Counted from the whole stretch's first letter, positions 23,766 to 37,316 are shown. The stretch is DNA of 61,934 nucleotides, filler included, from Dimargaris cristalligena (GCA_003614675.1; 10 parts of 10 records of this genome joined end to end with filler, not necessarily neighbours in it), one strand, 5' to 3'. Program-made: numbers and translations. Notes: generated by a model from the letters alone, not told the origin.

Positions 23766-26700
23766 TCACCCTACAATATACATATCTATATATATAATTT
23801 GAGAGACTCGTATAACGATTTGACCTAACTGCAAAGGGAGTATCTGTATTTGATTATTAGTATCGGTTTCATCAAACGGCTTCTTTGATAAGCAGCCGGA
23901 TTAAACAGTCGCAGAGACCTTATGAATTTAGGAAGAGTCGCTGTGTATAATTCAATCATTAGAGAAAGGGTATACCATTAATTATTCCCCGGTGGTCTCC
24001 CATCTATATATTGATATAATTGCCAGCCGCATTACTAAGTGAAGTCAATGAGATGTTCTTTAGAAAGTCACATATGACCATGGTTATAAATTTAATAAAA
24101 GTATTGTCCAACCCCAGCACCGTTTTCTTCATTACACTCGCAATTCTTGTCTATATTATATGGTTCTATGGTCCAGCTGGCTAACTTTGGTTAGTCGTCA
24201 ATGCCATTTGGTTATAGTTCACACCACCTATTTCTATTTTATCTGTGGTAAGATTGTAATGGCACTGGTAATCATTTGAATTCAACACCCCGTTTATTCA
24301 GCTTAATTCTGTAAATAAATACCCAAAATTCAGTTGCGGTCACCTGGCTCCTTGTAAAATTATGAATATATATTAATTAATCACGTAAAACTGGTGTGGT
24401 GTAGCAGCGGATATAATAACAGTAGCAATAATAGGCGTGAATGCCTTACAATCGAATTTAAAGATGCAGTAAAATCGAACCTTAAGAATAACTAATACAA
24501 CTGTAGGCAAAACTGCCAGTGCATTTCAGAAGAATGAAAAAAGAGATGTTTTATTAAGAGCTGCAATTCTTGAAGGTATTTATACTTATGAGGTGGTTCA
24601 AGTCCACCCTGTATAGTCTTACTACTCGAATTGATTAATAATAATGAGTTTACGAATATATCTAGTTAATGATAATATCAAATACAAATGCAAGTAGTAT
24701 TTGATGTATCTCTCACTTGCTATGATATTGCAAGGCTATAAAATGATAAATCAGGACTTCACTGATAAAAGGATATAAATAGAAATTGATTAATAAGGGA
24801 ATACTACGGTCGACTAAGTGATCTCAGGTCCTACCACAATAAAACTGTTGTGCAGCGATGGGAAAAACTTAATAAAGCGGAATGAATAATAAGTCCCGAC
24901 NNNNNNNNNNNNNNNNNNNNNNNNNNNNNNNNNNNNNNNNNNNNTTAATTAATTAANNNNNNNNNNNNNNNNNNNNNNNNNNNNNNNNNNNNNNNNNNNN
25001 AAAAATAGTTTGGCCGGGATATGCTATTAGGGATTAAGCAGGCCCGGCCACAACAAGGGCTAGCTACTACATGCTTTAGTCAATCAATCATGAGGGCAAA
25101 TTGCGGAGCAGATTTATAGGCTTGAGTAAGCTTCTACTATTTGGAGCCTATTACTGATGGCCATTATCGCATGAACTACCTGTTACCAGACTCAGTGCTG
25201 AGTCTATAGATTAGATATCACAAAGGCAGATCAACTGTAATAGAGGGGAAAACAGGCGGACGTAAGTACAGACTGAAAAAGGAAGCAGCTGCAGAAGGAT
25301 AAAGCACTCTCGTAAAATACGTTTCGGGCCACTTTTTCTGGGGTTCGGCACAAATTTCAAGCTCTGGTTTTCTTACAGTGTATATCAAGAATAGAACCAA
25401 GAGAGAAGGCCGGGGTGAGGGTAATAGTCAGCTTTGGTTTCGGTGACAACTAGTCAGCTGGCCCGCTAAGGCAATAGAAAGGCAACACGTATATTGGCCT
25501 AAAATCAATTCTGCGTCAGAAATATCGGATGCACAGCGACCACCGTATGGGTAGACTGTGCGTACATGAATACAAGTAGCGGGGACCTTGGACCAAGGTG
25601 ATTATAGGGTCTAGGGGATTGTACTAATATTAAGTATACAGATTTAAGTAAGGGTCCCACTTGAATTCACCACTTTACGGAGTCTGGGCATTATTCGTGG
25701 TTTGGGCGTTTAATTTACCACTGGCACTAAGCACTCAACCCTTCGATACCCACATGTGAAGAAGAGGCTAAGCTTTAATGGAATTCATGAAGTCGTGCTT
25801 CAGTTAGGCACCTGCTTATAAATCCAAGCCCATAAAAATGGTAATTCGGTTCCTGTAGCTACCCCTAGGCCAATTCTGGCTCAAATACCTATCTCATAGG
25901 TAGAGACAGGCGTCTCCACAGAAACCCGCTATGCCCCCAGAGCTCTTCTTTGAATTCTTATTATTCAACCAGCCATATATCTAGCGCAACCCCCCCCCCC
26001 AAATAAAAAAGCTCGCATAGCCCCAACCAGCGGCATTTTCCAATGTACGCGAGGATAAGGGTAGCCTACCCAAACCCCAATAGCATGGACGGGGTGACCA
26101 CTGCATTTCCTCTCTCATATTCGGATTACGACAGTCTCGGCTGACAGATTTCTACCTTTTCCGGTTGGTTAACGGAAAACCCCCGTCTCGTACAGTTGGC
26201 TGAGCTTGGGCGAATCTCCTGGCGAGACCCCGTTGGATTGGTCGAAATTGTTCGACAATGTAGGGAGAAAAGGGGATAGTTATGTATAAAGATGGCTGAC
26301 CAAGTGCCAAAAGCCCGCTTCGTCCCAAATTACCCGCCCCCCTCACTGTTTCGTCGGCTAGGGCGCATGAACACCCCCCGAAATGTATGTACGAGGGGAA
26401 AGCACACGGCCGTTTGGTCTGACTAGCCCTCTATATGGCACACACCCCACTTTCTTCCCCTACTCATTCGCCGGATCCAACTAAAAGGCAAAACGAAGCG
26501 GGCCTATCACTGCTGGTCTGGAGTTATTCTGAGATGGTACCTGTTCCTTCGGGACGGGAACGAGTGGGCTTGGCGCATCTCAGTTACTGCGATGTAAATC
26601 TCCGGCAGATAAAGGCTATAGCAGCGGAGCGGTGTGCGTCGCAGGTAATACAGAAGAAAGGCCGTTCAACCCTTACCCCCAATGTCCCCAATACCTGACA

Positions 26701-26983
26701 CTGACGATAATTATAAAGCTATGCTACAGTGGATGCCTTTCGTGCAAAGCTCGCTACCTCGACATGGTACCACCTCCCTCCTAAACTATTTACCGAAATG
26801 CATTGGCAATATAAAAGCTGTCGCCTGCGGACTATCCCAAATATAACGAACTGGTCGCTGCCTATTCTGGTCACTTTGATTTACTTCCCCGGCCTCACAT
26901 TTTATAACCCTTCGTGCACCTGCCCATATTGTCTAGTTAAATCCCTCTCTCGCTTCGGACCTATACTATTCTAGATTTAAATT

Positions 26984-29900
26984 ATGCGTATTCCTTTATC
27001 CCGCTCGTTAACTCTGGCGGGCCTCCTGCCCTTAGCCATGGGCTGTGGAATGGTTACCCACAACGAAATTACATATCGCGCCATGGACTGGTTCTTTGAC
27101 TCGAAGGGATTTCCCCTATCCTACAACTCGACCGACTACAAGTCCATTCTGGTTGAATACTACCCCTATGTCCAAGCTGGCTCGTTCTTCCCCGACTGGT
27201 AAGAGGCAACCCGGATTACCATTACTGGACCCAAATGGCTTACTGTTGTTCGTCTCTATTGGAATTTATAGTCCCAAGGGGTAAATTCCGAAGCACCTCT
27301 CAACCCCAAAGGTCCAACTCTGCTCATTATTTCTAACCCACGGTATTATGGAATATCCCACTTTGAATACACCTACTTCCGGAAATCTAGGGGCTACCAT
27401 TGCGGCAATCAAAAATACAACTGCGAAATTGGTAAGGCCTCCATGATATATTTACATGAACGCGGTTCCAAGATTTTTACTGCTGTGCAGCCATTGTGAG
27501 CCCACCAAAGCCGCGCCACTAACCTCTGCAGTCCCTCTATAATAATTTACCCGCTATCTGCTTTTACCCGTCCCACCCCAGCCCACTGGGCTAAGTTTAT
27601 TAGAGCAGCGGTTAGTTATATCCGCCGGAACACGCATTTCGACGACAAGCGCAGAAAGGTACGAAAGCGTCTAGTCCCCACAATAAACGTACCCATGTCC
27701 CCAAGAAGGACTATAACTATATTGACTTATATAAACATCTCTTCCGGTGGAATATGAATACCGACAATGAGAGTTGCTCACAATCCGTCCCCTTGTACGG
27801 CTGGCTGTATAGCGGCAGTATATACCAATTTAGCCTACTCCCGGGTTCCCAACCAATATATTAATCCCCGATTTTCTTTGACACCCCTAATGCACTACCC
27901 AAATACGCAATGCAGAAACTTATCGCATTTCTATTCGGTGTTGCCTCCCACGACGTGGCAGATATTCTGTGGCACGGGCTCAACAACCAGCGGGAGGGTT
28001 TTATCCGTGCCATTTCTTTCGGAAACATGGATGGGCAGTATGACTTGGCCCATACCCTTACCGACACTGGCGCTGAATTTATTCTTCGCCACTCCTTAGA
28101 CATGAGCCATATCAGGGTAAGTTCCTCCCCCCCATACTATGTCACCAATTGAACACGGTTCTGGTCAGGATGGCCACACGTAAATGGTACACTCGAAACG
28201 AATATTCTAAACTCAAGACTTGCATGCGTCTATGTATTTTGGTCCGTTTGCTTCATTTAATCCGCGTCGTACTGATAGAAATTGTGGAAATTGCCTGTTA
28301 CGGACATCCTGGCGATATACAACGACTTGGGGGTTCAACTTAATAAAGCGGCCTTCCAGGCCTGCTTTTCGCGCGGCTACTTGGCGGCCATAGGCACTAA
28401 GGTAACTTATCCCATCTGTCCCCTTCCATATAGTCACCATTGATACCCTTTGCGCTTCTTAATGTCTCATCGATATACCCAAGGCATTAACAATTGATAT
28501 ACCCGCTTTCATTAACCTGATGATACTCCACCATCGTACACTGTACTCACTATTATCGATTTTATTAGACATTTGGCGATCGAGTATTTCCCAAATACGC
28601 GCACAAGGTAAGCATCGTTTCTGCCGTTCTTAGTATGGCAATTGGCTCCCACACTTCCCTCCTCTTGCCAGACACCGCCATTACCTTCACCCAAACTACA
28701 GTTCCACCCATGGCGTCTGACTTTAGCGCCCCCCTAGCAATGGGATAGGTATTGTTGAATTTATAAATTAACCTCGGATATTACCCTTGAATTACCCCAA
28801 TTATGGTCCCCACAGAGCCCCGTCATGGTCCAGCAAATCGAGAACTATTACCGTGGAGGTAAGTGCTTTACGCCGTTCAACCACTGGTGAATAGTAGTCA
28901 CCCGTGAAGGAACTGCCTATTGTTCTCACTTAATAACACGGCCACAATAATAGCCTAAATGGGCTTTATCGCATCGCGTCCTACTGCCGCTATATTACAG
29001 TAGTGCCCTATATTCTAAACCATACTAACCACCATGCCTGCAAAATTTACCCCCTTCACCCCTTCATCGGATGCCCATAGGAATGATGGACATGATGGCT
29101 TGGGTGCCCCACTGCTGGAAGGAACTAGGTAAGTGCGATCACACATCTTAACCACTGATACCTTCCCCCTCCCGAAACTAGATATTTTACCGCCTCTTCA
29201 TTAATGTAGTATGGTGAACTGGATTGGAAATCAGTGCGCCAGACAACCACGGGAAACCAATACGGGCCTACCCACCTCTCACCGTCATATTTCTTGGACT
29301 GTATCATATACTGCTCACCCCCATCACAGTTAGGTGGATTGATGGCCAAGTCGAGCCGCAAGAAGGCCAGCGGTTCTGTGAGCTCCTGGTAGACTATGGC
29401 GGCGAATTCAAAGATAACATGGCGCTCAACTATAACAAAAAGGGCATCCACCCCAAGGTCCAGCGCGAATCTGAACACGGTGTGGTGGCCCTTGACATGG
29501 CCAACCCCGACGAATTAGCCGAACTGGAATCGGGGATTACGGTTGCCAACGTGGACGGCGACTTGGTACTAAGTAGTACTGATTCGAATGTCCGCGACGA
29601 GAATCCGGGTGTGGGTATTAGTCGCCGCGGACTCATGGATTATATTACATACGGCATGTCGTGCAAAGTTCTTACCAAGAGTTTTACCAAAGTGGTCACG
29701 CTAACAACCCCCGTGTCCTATTCAGGGCTGGGTTCGGCTTTGGCGATGGGCGATTTTAATGGCAGTGGCAGAGAGTCCGTAGGTAAATAGCCTTCTATAT
29801 ATATATACCGTGTTTTTGGGAGCCATTTGTGATTTCACCATATCTTCCCTTGGTCCATTCCGATAGCAACCGGCCAGTGCATCGGTCCACCCAGAACTAG

Positions 29901-30942
29901 GCCAATTCACATGCCAAGTAAGTAAAAGGATACTGGAATATCTACACCCCAGCCCAACTCACTGAAGCCCTTATGAATCATTCTGATACATCCTAATTCC
30001 AGTTATTGGCGCCCCATACTACCGCACTGATTCTGTGCGGGGGGCGGTATTTGTCTTGGACAACATGAGCCAACTGAGCGGCTTAAGCATTCAGAACATC
30101 GAGGATGTTGCCAGCCTTACACTACTGGGTGAGGACCAAGTTATCCCGATCCGCTTTGGCTACAGCCTAGCGGTCCTGGATTTTGACCAAGACGGTATTG
30201 ACGATTTGGTGGTGGGCATCCCAGGCGACGGGGCACGGGAACTTACCTACACGGGAAAAATACATATCCATCGGGGAATTAGGGGCAAGGGTTTGTCCCC
30301 CTCCGCTAGCTTTGTTATCAAGTTCGATTCGCCAGTGTCTCGACCCAACACCCAGCTAGGGGAGGTTATCCAAGTGGCCGATGTAAATGGTGATACTTAC
30401 AAGGACTTGATCATTGGCGCACCCTTCCACGAAGTCCAGGGGTCGGGGTCGCCTAAAACAGACGACCTTGCTCAGGTAAGTAGCTTCCATTGCGGAACAA
30501 TTGCGGCTCGCGCCGTAGCCCATGACATAAGTAAACATCCGTCATAATACCGGAACTCGATAACTATATGAAGTTGGGCGCTAAATCGAACCTCTATTGA
30601 ATTGTTCTATTCGGGCTTGGTGCTGGACCTCCACTTGTATGGGGTCCCTTAGGCCGGTGTTGTGTTTACGGTGTTCAGTCAACGCGGAGCACGGAATCCG
30701 AACATTACCAGGCCAGACCTCACGATACACAGCAGCCAGCCAGCTGCCTACGAGAACTTTGGCAGGTCCATAGCCGTGGAGATAGTGAACAATGAGCGCA
30801 TCATGGTCGTGGGCGCCCCCGGTCACCGAGATGGAGATAACTCCATGGCAGGCAAGCTCTATGGATTTTCACTTGCGAATCTAGCCCAGCCTCAGCTCAA
30901 GTTTTCCGTCACCGGAAACTCCCACTTCCAGCAACTTGGACA
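26984..30942 (+). CDS. GPLD1: Secreted GPI-specific phospholipase D-like protein (Zn-dependent phospholipase domain plus FG-GAP repeats), at least 11 exons, 3'-truncated by the contig end
   Basis: Signal peptide then CGMVTHNEI..QAGSFFPDWGY, AHWAKF, FLFGVASHDVADILWH and WKLPVTD. FG-GAP repeats: GSALAMGDFNG, FGYSLAVLDFDQDGIDDLVVG and ADVNGDTYKDLIIGAP. The first exons (26984-27198, 27391-27431, 27582-27658, 27916-28116) splice in phase. Confidence 0.85.
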
Positions 30943-31210
30943 GTAAGTCAATCCCATAAAGCTATATGTAACGATTATTATAGTAGCCAATTCGTGAGGG
31001 TTAGGAGTCAAAGATGACCCAAGTCGATGGTTTAGTTAAAATTACCACTAACCACATATTGAACTGTAACTACGTTGCCGGAAGTGGGAGTTTCCGGTGA
31101 CGGAAAACTGNNNNNNNNNNNNNNNNNNNNNNNNNNNNNNNNNNNNNNNNNNNNTTAATTAATTAANNNNNNNNNNNNNNNNNNNNNNNNNNNNNNNNNN
31201 NNNNNNNNNN

Positions 31211-33106
31211 GTAAGCCCGCTGTTTCAACGACTCGGGCGACTCGAATGTAGTGGCGTTAGCCGATGCCCAGTCGCTGACTAGCATGGCAATTCTCTCGGA
31301 AAGTACCAGCGAGTCCTCTTCGTAGGGGTCCCACCACTCGCCCTCCAGGTAGCGGTTTTCGATGTCCTGGTATCGCTCCAGTTGCTGGCGGAGTTGCAGG
31401 TTCTCGAGGGCAAACCGCGTTACCTGGGGGTTGTTTTGCATGCATTTCTCGAGCTCCATGACTTCCAATTTGAGCATGGCCCGCTCCCCGTCCACCAAGA
31501 CGTCCAGGCCCTTGTCGGACCGGAGCTGGTCAATATGGGCCTTTTGGAATTTATTGATCATTTGGAGGGCCTGGATTTTGTACTCCTTCCGCCGGTTGGA
31601 CTCGCCCAGTTGCACGATTTCTTCCGAATAGATAGTTTTTTCCCGTTCAACTTGGCGTAGTTTGCGGGACGATAGGTTAAGGAGATTCATGAACTGCAGC
31701 ATATCCCCGTGGTTGACGCTAAGCGGGCTAGCGATAGCCATGGGCATGGGCATGGTGGGGGTATTATAACCAGGGTCCTGGGCCAGATGGGCGGTATCCC
31801 GGCCGGGGGTTTTAGGGTAAGCGGACAGGTTGGATATCGGGGCGGCCGCAGTGGGGGGTTGGGGGCCCTCGGCCTTCAGGAGGGCAATTTCCATACGTAG
31901 TTTCTTGAGCTCGGCCTGTAATTGGGCTACGCTACCCTGGGTATCCTGATTAACAATGGCCTTGTTTTTGATCATCTTGGCCCGCTGGGCGAATTTAAGG
32001 GTGCCCAGGGACTCGGCAGCGTTGATGGTGGCAGGACTGGTGTTGGCGATAATCCAGGTAATAGAGTTGCCCCCCAGGGAATCCCTCAGCAGAAAAGTGA
32101 GTTTACTGTCACGGTAGTGAACGTGGCGTAGCTTGCCATTGGCGGCCTCGACCAGGGCGTTGATGACGGAGCCCAGGGCGGACAAGCTCTTGTTGATATT
32201 AGCGGCCTCTTTAAGCCGTTGGCCGCTGGTCCCGGCGGTCTTTTGTCGTTCGGAACCGGCCAAGTCCACGAGATTGAAGCGGGACTCGCGTACGTCGACC
32301 AAGTCGCCGGTGGTGGACTTGGACTGGATAATCAGGGTAAGCACGGAATGTGACCGACTGCTCTCACGGTTCATGGCGGTGGAGCTCACGTGCCGATTGG
32401 TAGCGCCGCGCTCAAACAAGCGGTAGGCATCGGTAGGGTTGGTGATAGTTTCTTCGGTGATGCCATCGACGAAAATACCCCGGTTGATGTCCTCACGGAT
32501 GCTACGCATGGAACACGCGGGGTCGAGGAGGTCGTGGATATTCTCGTTGTAGATTTCTAAATAGGAGGCCTTGCACAAGTACTCCACGGGTTGCTCATCG
32601 GCGGCGGCCTTCTCCGCAATTCGCTGGAAGAGGTATTCCATGCAGCGGGGGATAAGGCCCCGCGCATCATTGGTCATGTCGGTAAGGGACCCGGCGCCTT
32701 GCATGGTGTAGGTTTTACCACTCCCGGTTTGGCCGTAGGCGAAAATGGTACCGTTGTAGCCCTCCAGGCACCGGTCCACGATACGGCGGCCGACGGACTC
32801 AAACATATTGCGCTGCTCGGTTTCGGGACCGGTAACGAAATCGAAAGTAAAAGTTTCACTCTTGGCGGCCATCATGCCCAGGGTGCCAGGTACACCGTTC
32901 ATGGTGACGGCATTGGGAGGAATGATTTGGAAGAGCGGGCCACTGGGTACGGGGACGGCGGGATTAAGGCCGAAACTCGAACGACTCACACCGGCGGGGC
33001 CCAGGCCCGAGGGACTAAGGACGGCATTGGCGGCCTGGGCCTGTTCGACCAGCTTCTCCGTAGAGGAAAAGGGCCGGATGCGCAAATACACCTTGATGCT
33101 CTCCAT
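31211..33106 (-). CDS. KIF15: Kinesin-12 (KIF15/Xklp2-like) motor, 3'-truncated by the contig end
   Basis: Motor motifs AYGQTGSGKT, NRESSRSH and LVDLAGSER; HVHYRDSKLTFLLRDSLGGN and the stalk motif NPQVTRFALEN are typical of kinesin-12. Confidence 0.8.
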
Positions 33107-34422
33107 GTCGGTGGGGATCTAATAGCATATAACCGGGACCAGTGGTCGAATGGGGAGAGGTCCAACGATAACCCAGACAAATAAACCGGGAAGGGCCAAT
33201 GTACTCGAAAAAAAACAATAGGGTGGAATAACAAAGATAATTATGATATTGGTATTATATTATTAATGGCAGTGAGAACGAAAGCTGGGGTACCTCAGGT
33301 TGGACTAGATTAGGTTGGAGTTGGGTTGAATGCACAGGAGGTCGAGAGATGGCTCAGACAGTGGAACGAGGCCCAGGGAGGAGGCCTATGCAGCTAAGGA
33401 CCACTGTGCTGAGCATAGGCATGTGTGTGGGTTAGTGACCAAACGGGCCCGCGGTAGGAAACAGCGGAACAAAAACAAAGATGGGGCTGCGGGCGCTGGG
33501 GAGGAGGGGGGACTGGTCACTGTGGATGCTCTACAAACAACCAAAATAGCCAAATTCAAAGAACCAAAATTAGGTTCCGTGCGCCTCCGACGATGCAGCC
33601 GATTATTTATAGTCCGCGGCCGCTGGTGCGAAGCGACGGCAGCCGTGCCCACAGTAAGGAAGTGAAGACAAAATCGGCCCCTCAGGGGCTCGTTCAAGAA
33701 ACTAATTTCATCGATTCAGGGCCATTCCGGTAATTAGGGCTTGGCCTGCTCCAAGGGCGGTCGACGGGGACTCGTCACCTAAGCTGTTGCGGCTATGAAG
33801 TCCGCTGGCTTCTCCCAAGCGTCTGTGTTTAGAAAATGCAACCACCGTGAATCTTTACTAGGGTTAGTGCACTTGGCCATTCAGCTTCTGCCTAAACCGC
33901 CCCAGTACATGGCACCATACACACCTATTATCGAACAGCCCAAATACCCCGATCCAGTATCGACATGGGGTGTAGGTGTAGATGTCGATAAAGGTGAAGG
34001 GAAAGCGCCCAGTGGGATATAGGCCCACCAACTCCGCTCCCGCCGACCACAGGGAGAGAGGCAGATAAGTCACGTGAATTCAACCATAACAATGCCTTTG
34101 CCTCGATTGTTCACCCAGCAACAATCACTGAGGATGGACAACAATTAGAAGGGGAACTAAGCTTCCTCTCTCCCGCTTATCAATATAACCCTGGCTCGTC
34201 AGATACAAGCAGTGTCGGTGGTAATAAATGCTGGGCCTATAGAGTGTATGCGTCATCCCCGCCTACTTATTTATATACGCCAGCGGGCCTTCCTCATTGC
34301 CACTAGTCCCCCCTATCCCCCATACCTGTACATCCCCCCTCCTACCCGTCCAGTCCCCCTATTCTCCGGTATTGCTAGTCTTTAGCCAAGTTTCCCCATT
34401 CTACTTATAATCCCCAGTGGCC

Positions 34423-36333
34423 ATGTCTGACCCCGAAGTCCCTACCGAAACTCCGCTCTCGGCCTCCGTCACCGAAAAAGCCCCTCTGGCGACCGAACAG
34501 GAGGAGATCGCCGAGACCAAGCCCGAGACGGCTCCCGAACCTAGTATCCCCAAAACAAAGCCAGTCACTAAGCCCGAAGCCGTGGCCATCCCTGAGCCTA
34601 GCCCAGAACCCCAGTCCGCTGCCCCTCTGGACCTCCCGGTTGCATCTGTGCCCCATCACCTCATGCCCGCCGCCATGCCCCTGAAGCCCATTTCCCACGT
34701 TGGTGGCTTCTGCAATGCCCAAGACCAACGCCGGCCCGTCGAAGCCCCTATTGTGAGTGGGAGCTACCCCGTCGGCCTGGCCGGTTCATTATACACCGTG
34801 GGCCCTGGTACCTACGACGTTAAATTCTCCCGCCAGGGCGAGTCCGGCGCCGAAACCCGCGTCTTCTCTTTCGGCCATTGGTTCGATCACCTACCCCTGG
34901 TTAATCGAATTGAATTCAACCCTCAGACCCGCTCGGTACAGTACCGCAGTCGCTTGACCGCCCGCAAAGTCCAGGATAAGATCCAGGCGGAGCACGGCTA
35001 TCTGCCCAAGCTGCCCGGCGGTCTCTACCACACCGACACGAACCAGAGTTTCTTCGCCAAGTTCATGGGTGCGAGCAAGCGCAAGTCCAAGCGCCCCGAC
35101 AAGGAAATCTGCAACGGCAATATTCTGACCGACTTCACCTGGCCCGCCCGCGAGACCTCCGGCCTCGTTTGTCTCAATCACGTCGGCATGGTCCAGGAAC
35201 TCGACCCCGTGACTCTGGACCCCCTCCACATCACCCTCTGGGACGAGGTCGACGCCGCTTTCCAGGGCACCTTCACCTCCCCGCACCCCCACTTCGACCG
35301 TACCACCAACGAAACGGTGTCCTTCACCATTGACGTGGGTTACCGCACCACGGAGTATAACGTGTTCAGCACCCGCCACAACGTGGCCGAGGGGCCCACC
35401 TCCGCCCTGCTGGCCAATTTCGTCGGCCGCCCCTCTATGGTCCACAGCTTTGCCGTGACCCCTAACTATGTCATTATTGCCGCCTACCCCATGGGGGCGG
35501 CCCTGTCCGGCTTCCGCTTCGTTTGGAAGAACAGTCTGCTCAACACCTTCGGCTTCTCTTCCACCGAGCCTACGTTGATTTACGTCGTATCCCGCACCGA
35601 GAACCGCCTCTGCACCGTTTACCAGGCCGACCCCTTCTTCAGCTTACACCACGTCAATGCCTTCGAGGACGACTCCGACAACATCTACATGGACTTGGTT
35701 GCCTACCCCAACGACACCATTCTGCATAAGCTGGATCTGCCCAACCTCCGCAACCCCCAGACCCGGCTGCAGCTCCCCGCCCCCGAAATCCGCCGCTATC
35801 TACTGGCCAGCGTGCGGGCCGAATCCCGCCGGATGAACGTCGCCACCGCCAAGCTGGCCGACTTCCCTATTGCCCACTTTTCGTGCCCGGCCAAGACCGG
35901 CGTGGAGCTACCCCGGATTAACCCGGCCTACCACCGCTGCTCCTACCGCTATGTTTACGGTATCGCTCACCAAGATGCCCAAAGTGTCAACCCCGGTTTC
36001 TGGGATGCGCTGAAGAAGGTGGACATGCTCCGGGAGGAAGACACGCTCGTCTGGTACGAGCCCGGCTGCTACCCCGGTGAACCCGTGTTTGTCGCCCGGT
36101 CCGCCGCCTCACTCGTGTCCGGCGATGACTCGTCCTCCGCCGATATCCCCATGGTGTCAGTCGGGGCTGAAGACGAAGGCTATATTATATCGGTGGTTTT
36201 CGACTCCCAACGCGAGCAGAGTTTTGTGCTGGTGCTCGATGCGGCCAACTTTATGGAAGTATGCCGGGTGGCCCTGCCCCACGTGATACCGCTATCCTTC
36301 GGCCATGGGTCATTCCGTTCCTCCATTGCTTAA
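34423..36333 (+). CDS. Carotenoid cleavage oxygenase (RPE65/CCD family) with a P/E/T-rich N-terminal extension
   Basis: Motifs HWFD, SPHPHFD, MVHSFAVT, HHVNAFED, ELPRINP, PGEPVFV and LSFGHGSF; all four Fe-binding His are present. Confidence 0.9.
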   Translation: MSDPEVPTETPLSASVTEKAPLATEQEEIAETKPETAPEPSIPKTKPVTKPEAVAIPEPSPEPQSAAPLDLPVASVPHHLMPAAMPLKPISHVGGFCNAQDQRRPVEAPIVSGSYPVGLAGSLYTVGPGTYDVKFSRQGESGAETRVFSFGHWFDHLPLVNRIEFNPQTRSVQYRSRLTARKVQDKIQAEHGYLPKLPGGLYHTDTNQSFFAKFMGASKRKSKRPDKEICNGNILTDFTWPARETSGLVCLNHVGMVQELDPVTLDPLHITLWDEVDAAFQGTFTSPHPHFDRTTNETVSFTIDVGYRTTEYNVFSTRHNVAEGPTSALLANFVGRPSMVHSFAVTPNYVIIAAYPMGAALSGFRFVWKNSLLNTFGFSSTEPTLIYVVSRTENRLCTVYQADPFFSLHHVNAFEDDSDNIYMDLVAYPNDTILHKLDLPNLRNPQTRLQLPAPEIRRYLLASVRAESRRMNVATAKLADFPIAHFSCPAKTGVELPRINPAYHRCSYRYVYGIAHQDAQSVNPGFWDALKKVDMLREEDTLVWYEPGCYPGEPVFVARSAASLVSGDDSSSADIPMVSVGAEDEGYIISVVFDSQREQSFVLVLDAANFMEVCRVALPHVIPLSFGHGSFRSSIA

Positions 36334-36986
36334 AACACCTTTGCTCTACCCGTTTCCTTTTCCGATTTGATCTCTTCCCCCTTCGCGTCCTCCTGTCCCC
36401 AGCATTTTCCACTATACCTTACCCATTCTGTGAACCCCCGCACTCCATCTTTCCTTGCGATTATTTATTACATTTACTTATATTTTTAAAATAGTGCACG
36501 TCATCCGACTTGTGAAGAGTAGCGAGGCCGCCTTATCTATCCACAGTGATACATCTATTTTAGGGCTGGCTATACCCGCTGTAATCGCAGTGTGGTGAAA
36601 TATTTGGTTTATTGGCATCAGCAACCCACACCCATTGCTCGTACATTTCTCCCATGTCTATATTGCGATATCGGTTATTATGGCCTTTAAAAATACATAT
36701 TCGCATGTACGAAATACTATGGAATGTCACTAGTTGGTTGGCCGTCGTTGTTTGATATCTATATGCCCCCTCATCATAGATATGATATTCGACAGTATAT
36801 ACGCCCAAAGCCAACGGGAGACCAACTGGTTCCTAATCATTGGCAAGGTAGAGCCTGTCTTGATAGAGATTAGAGGTGTACCTCGGCCTAAGGTTAAAAA
36901 ATAGCCAGAACAGATTGAAGTACTGTTCATCGGGATGGGTCTCCGGCAATTGGCAGCACACAAATAAAAATACATGATGGGATTTC

Positions 36987-37316
36987 TCAGGCGGCCCGGG
37001 CGCGAAGCAGCCTACGGAACAGGCGGTAGCCAAAATAGGCACACTGAAGTACGACGAGGGAAACTATCGCTTCGGACAGCAGCCCCCGCCAAAATCCGGC
37101 GTAGAAGTTGGCCAGCCCACCTCCATTGAGCCGATAAATAATGCGTGCTACCGAGAACGCGCCGCGAATCCCGCCAGGTAAGTCGACCATGAAGGGGGAG
37201 GTGGCTAGGAAGTGGGGGAAACTCGAACGAGCCTTTAACCCAGCCATACTAGTCAAGTCCCCTTCGGCATCGCAGTGAACGGTCACGAACAGGGTATCTT
37301 TGATGAGATCGAAAAT
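36987..37316 (-). CDS. C-terminal fragment of a mitochondrial-carrier-like membrane protein (5'-truncated by the contig end)
   Basis: The frame is open to the contig edge. GIRGAFSVARIIYRLNGGGLANFYAGFWRGL followed by a hydrophobic helix resembles the end of a carrier repeat. Confidence 0.4.
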   Translation of the reverse strand: MFDLIKDTLFVTVHCDAEGDLTSMAGLKARSSFPHFLATSPFMVDLPGGIRGAFSVARIIYRLNGGGLANFYAGFWRGLLSEAIVSLVVLQCAYFGYRLFRRLLRARAA

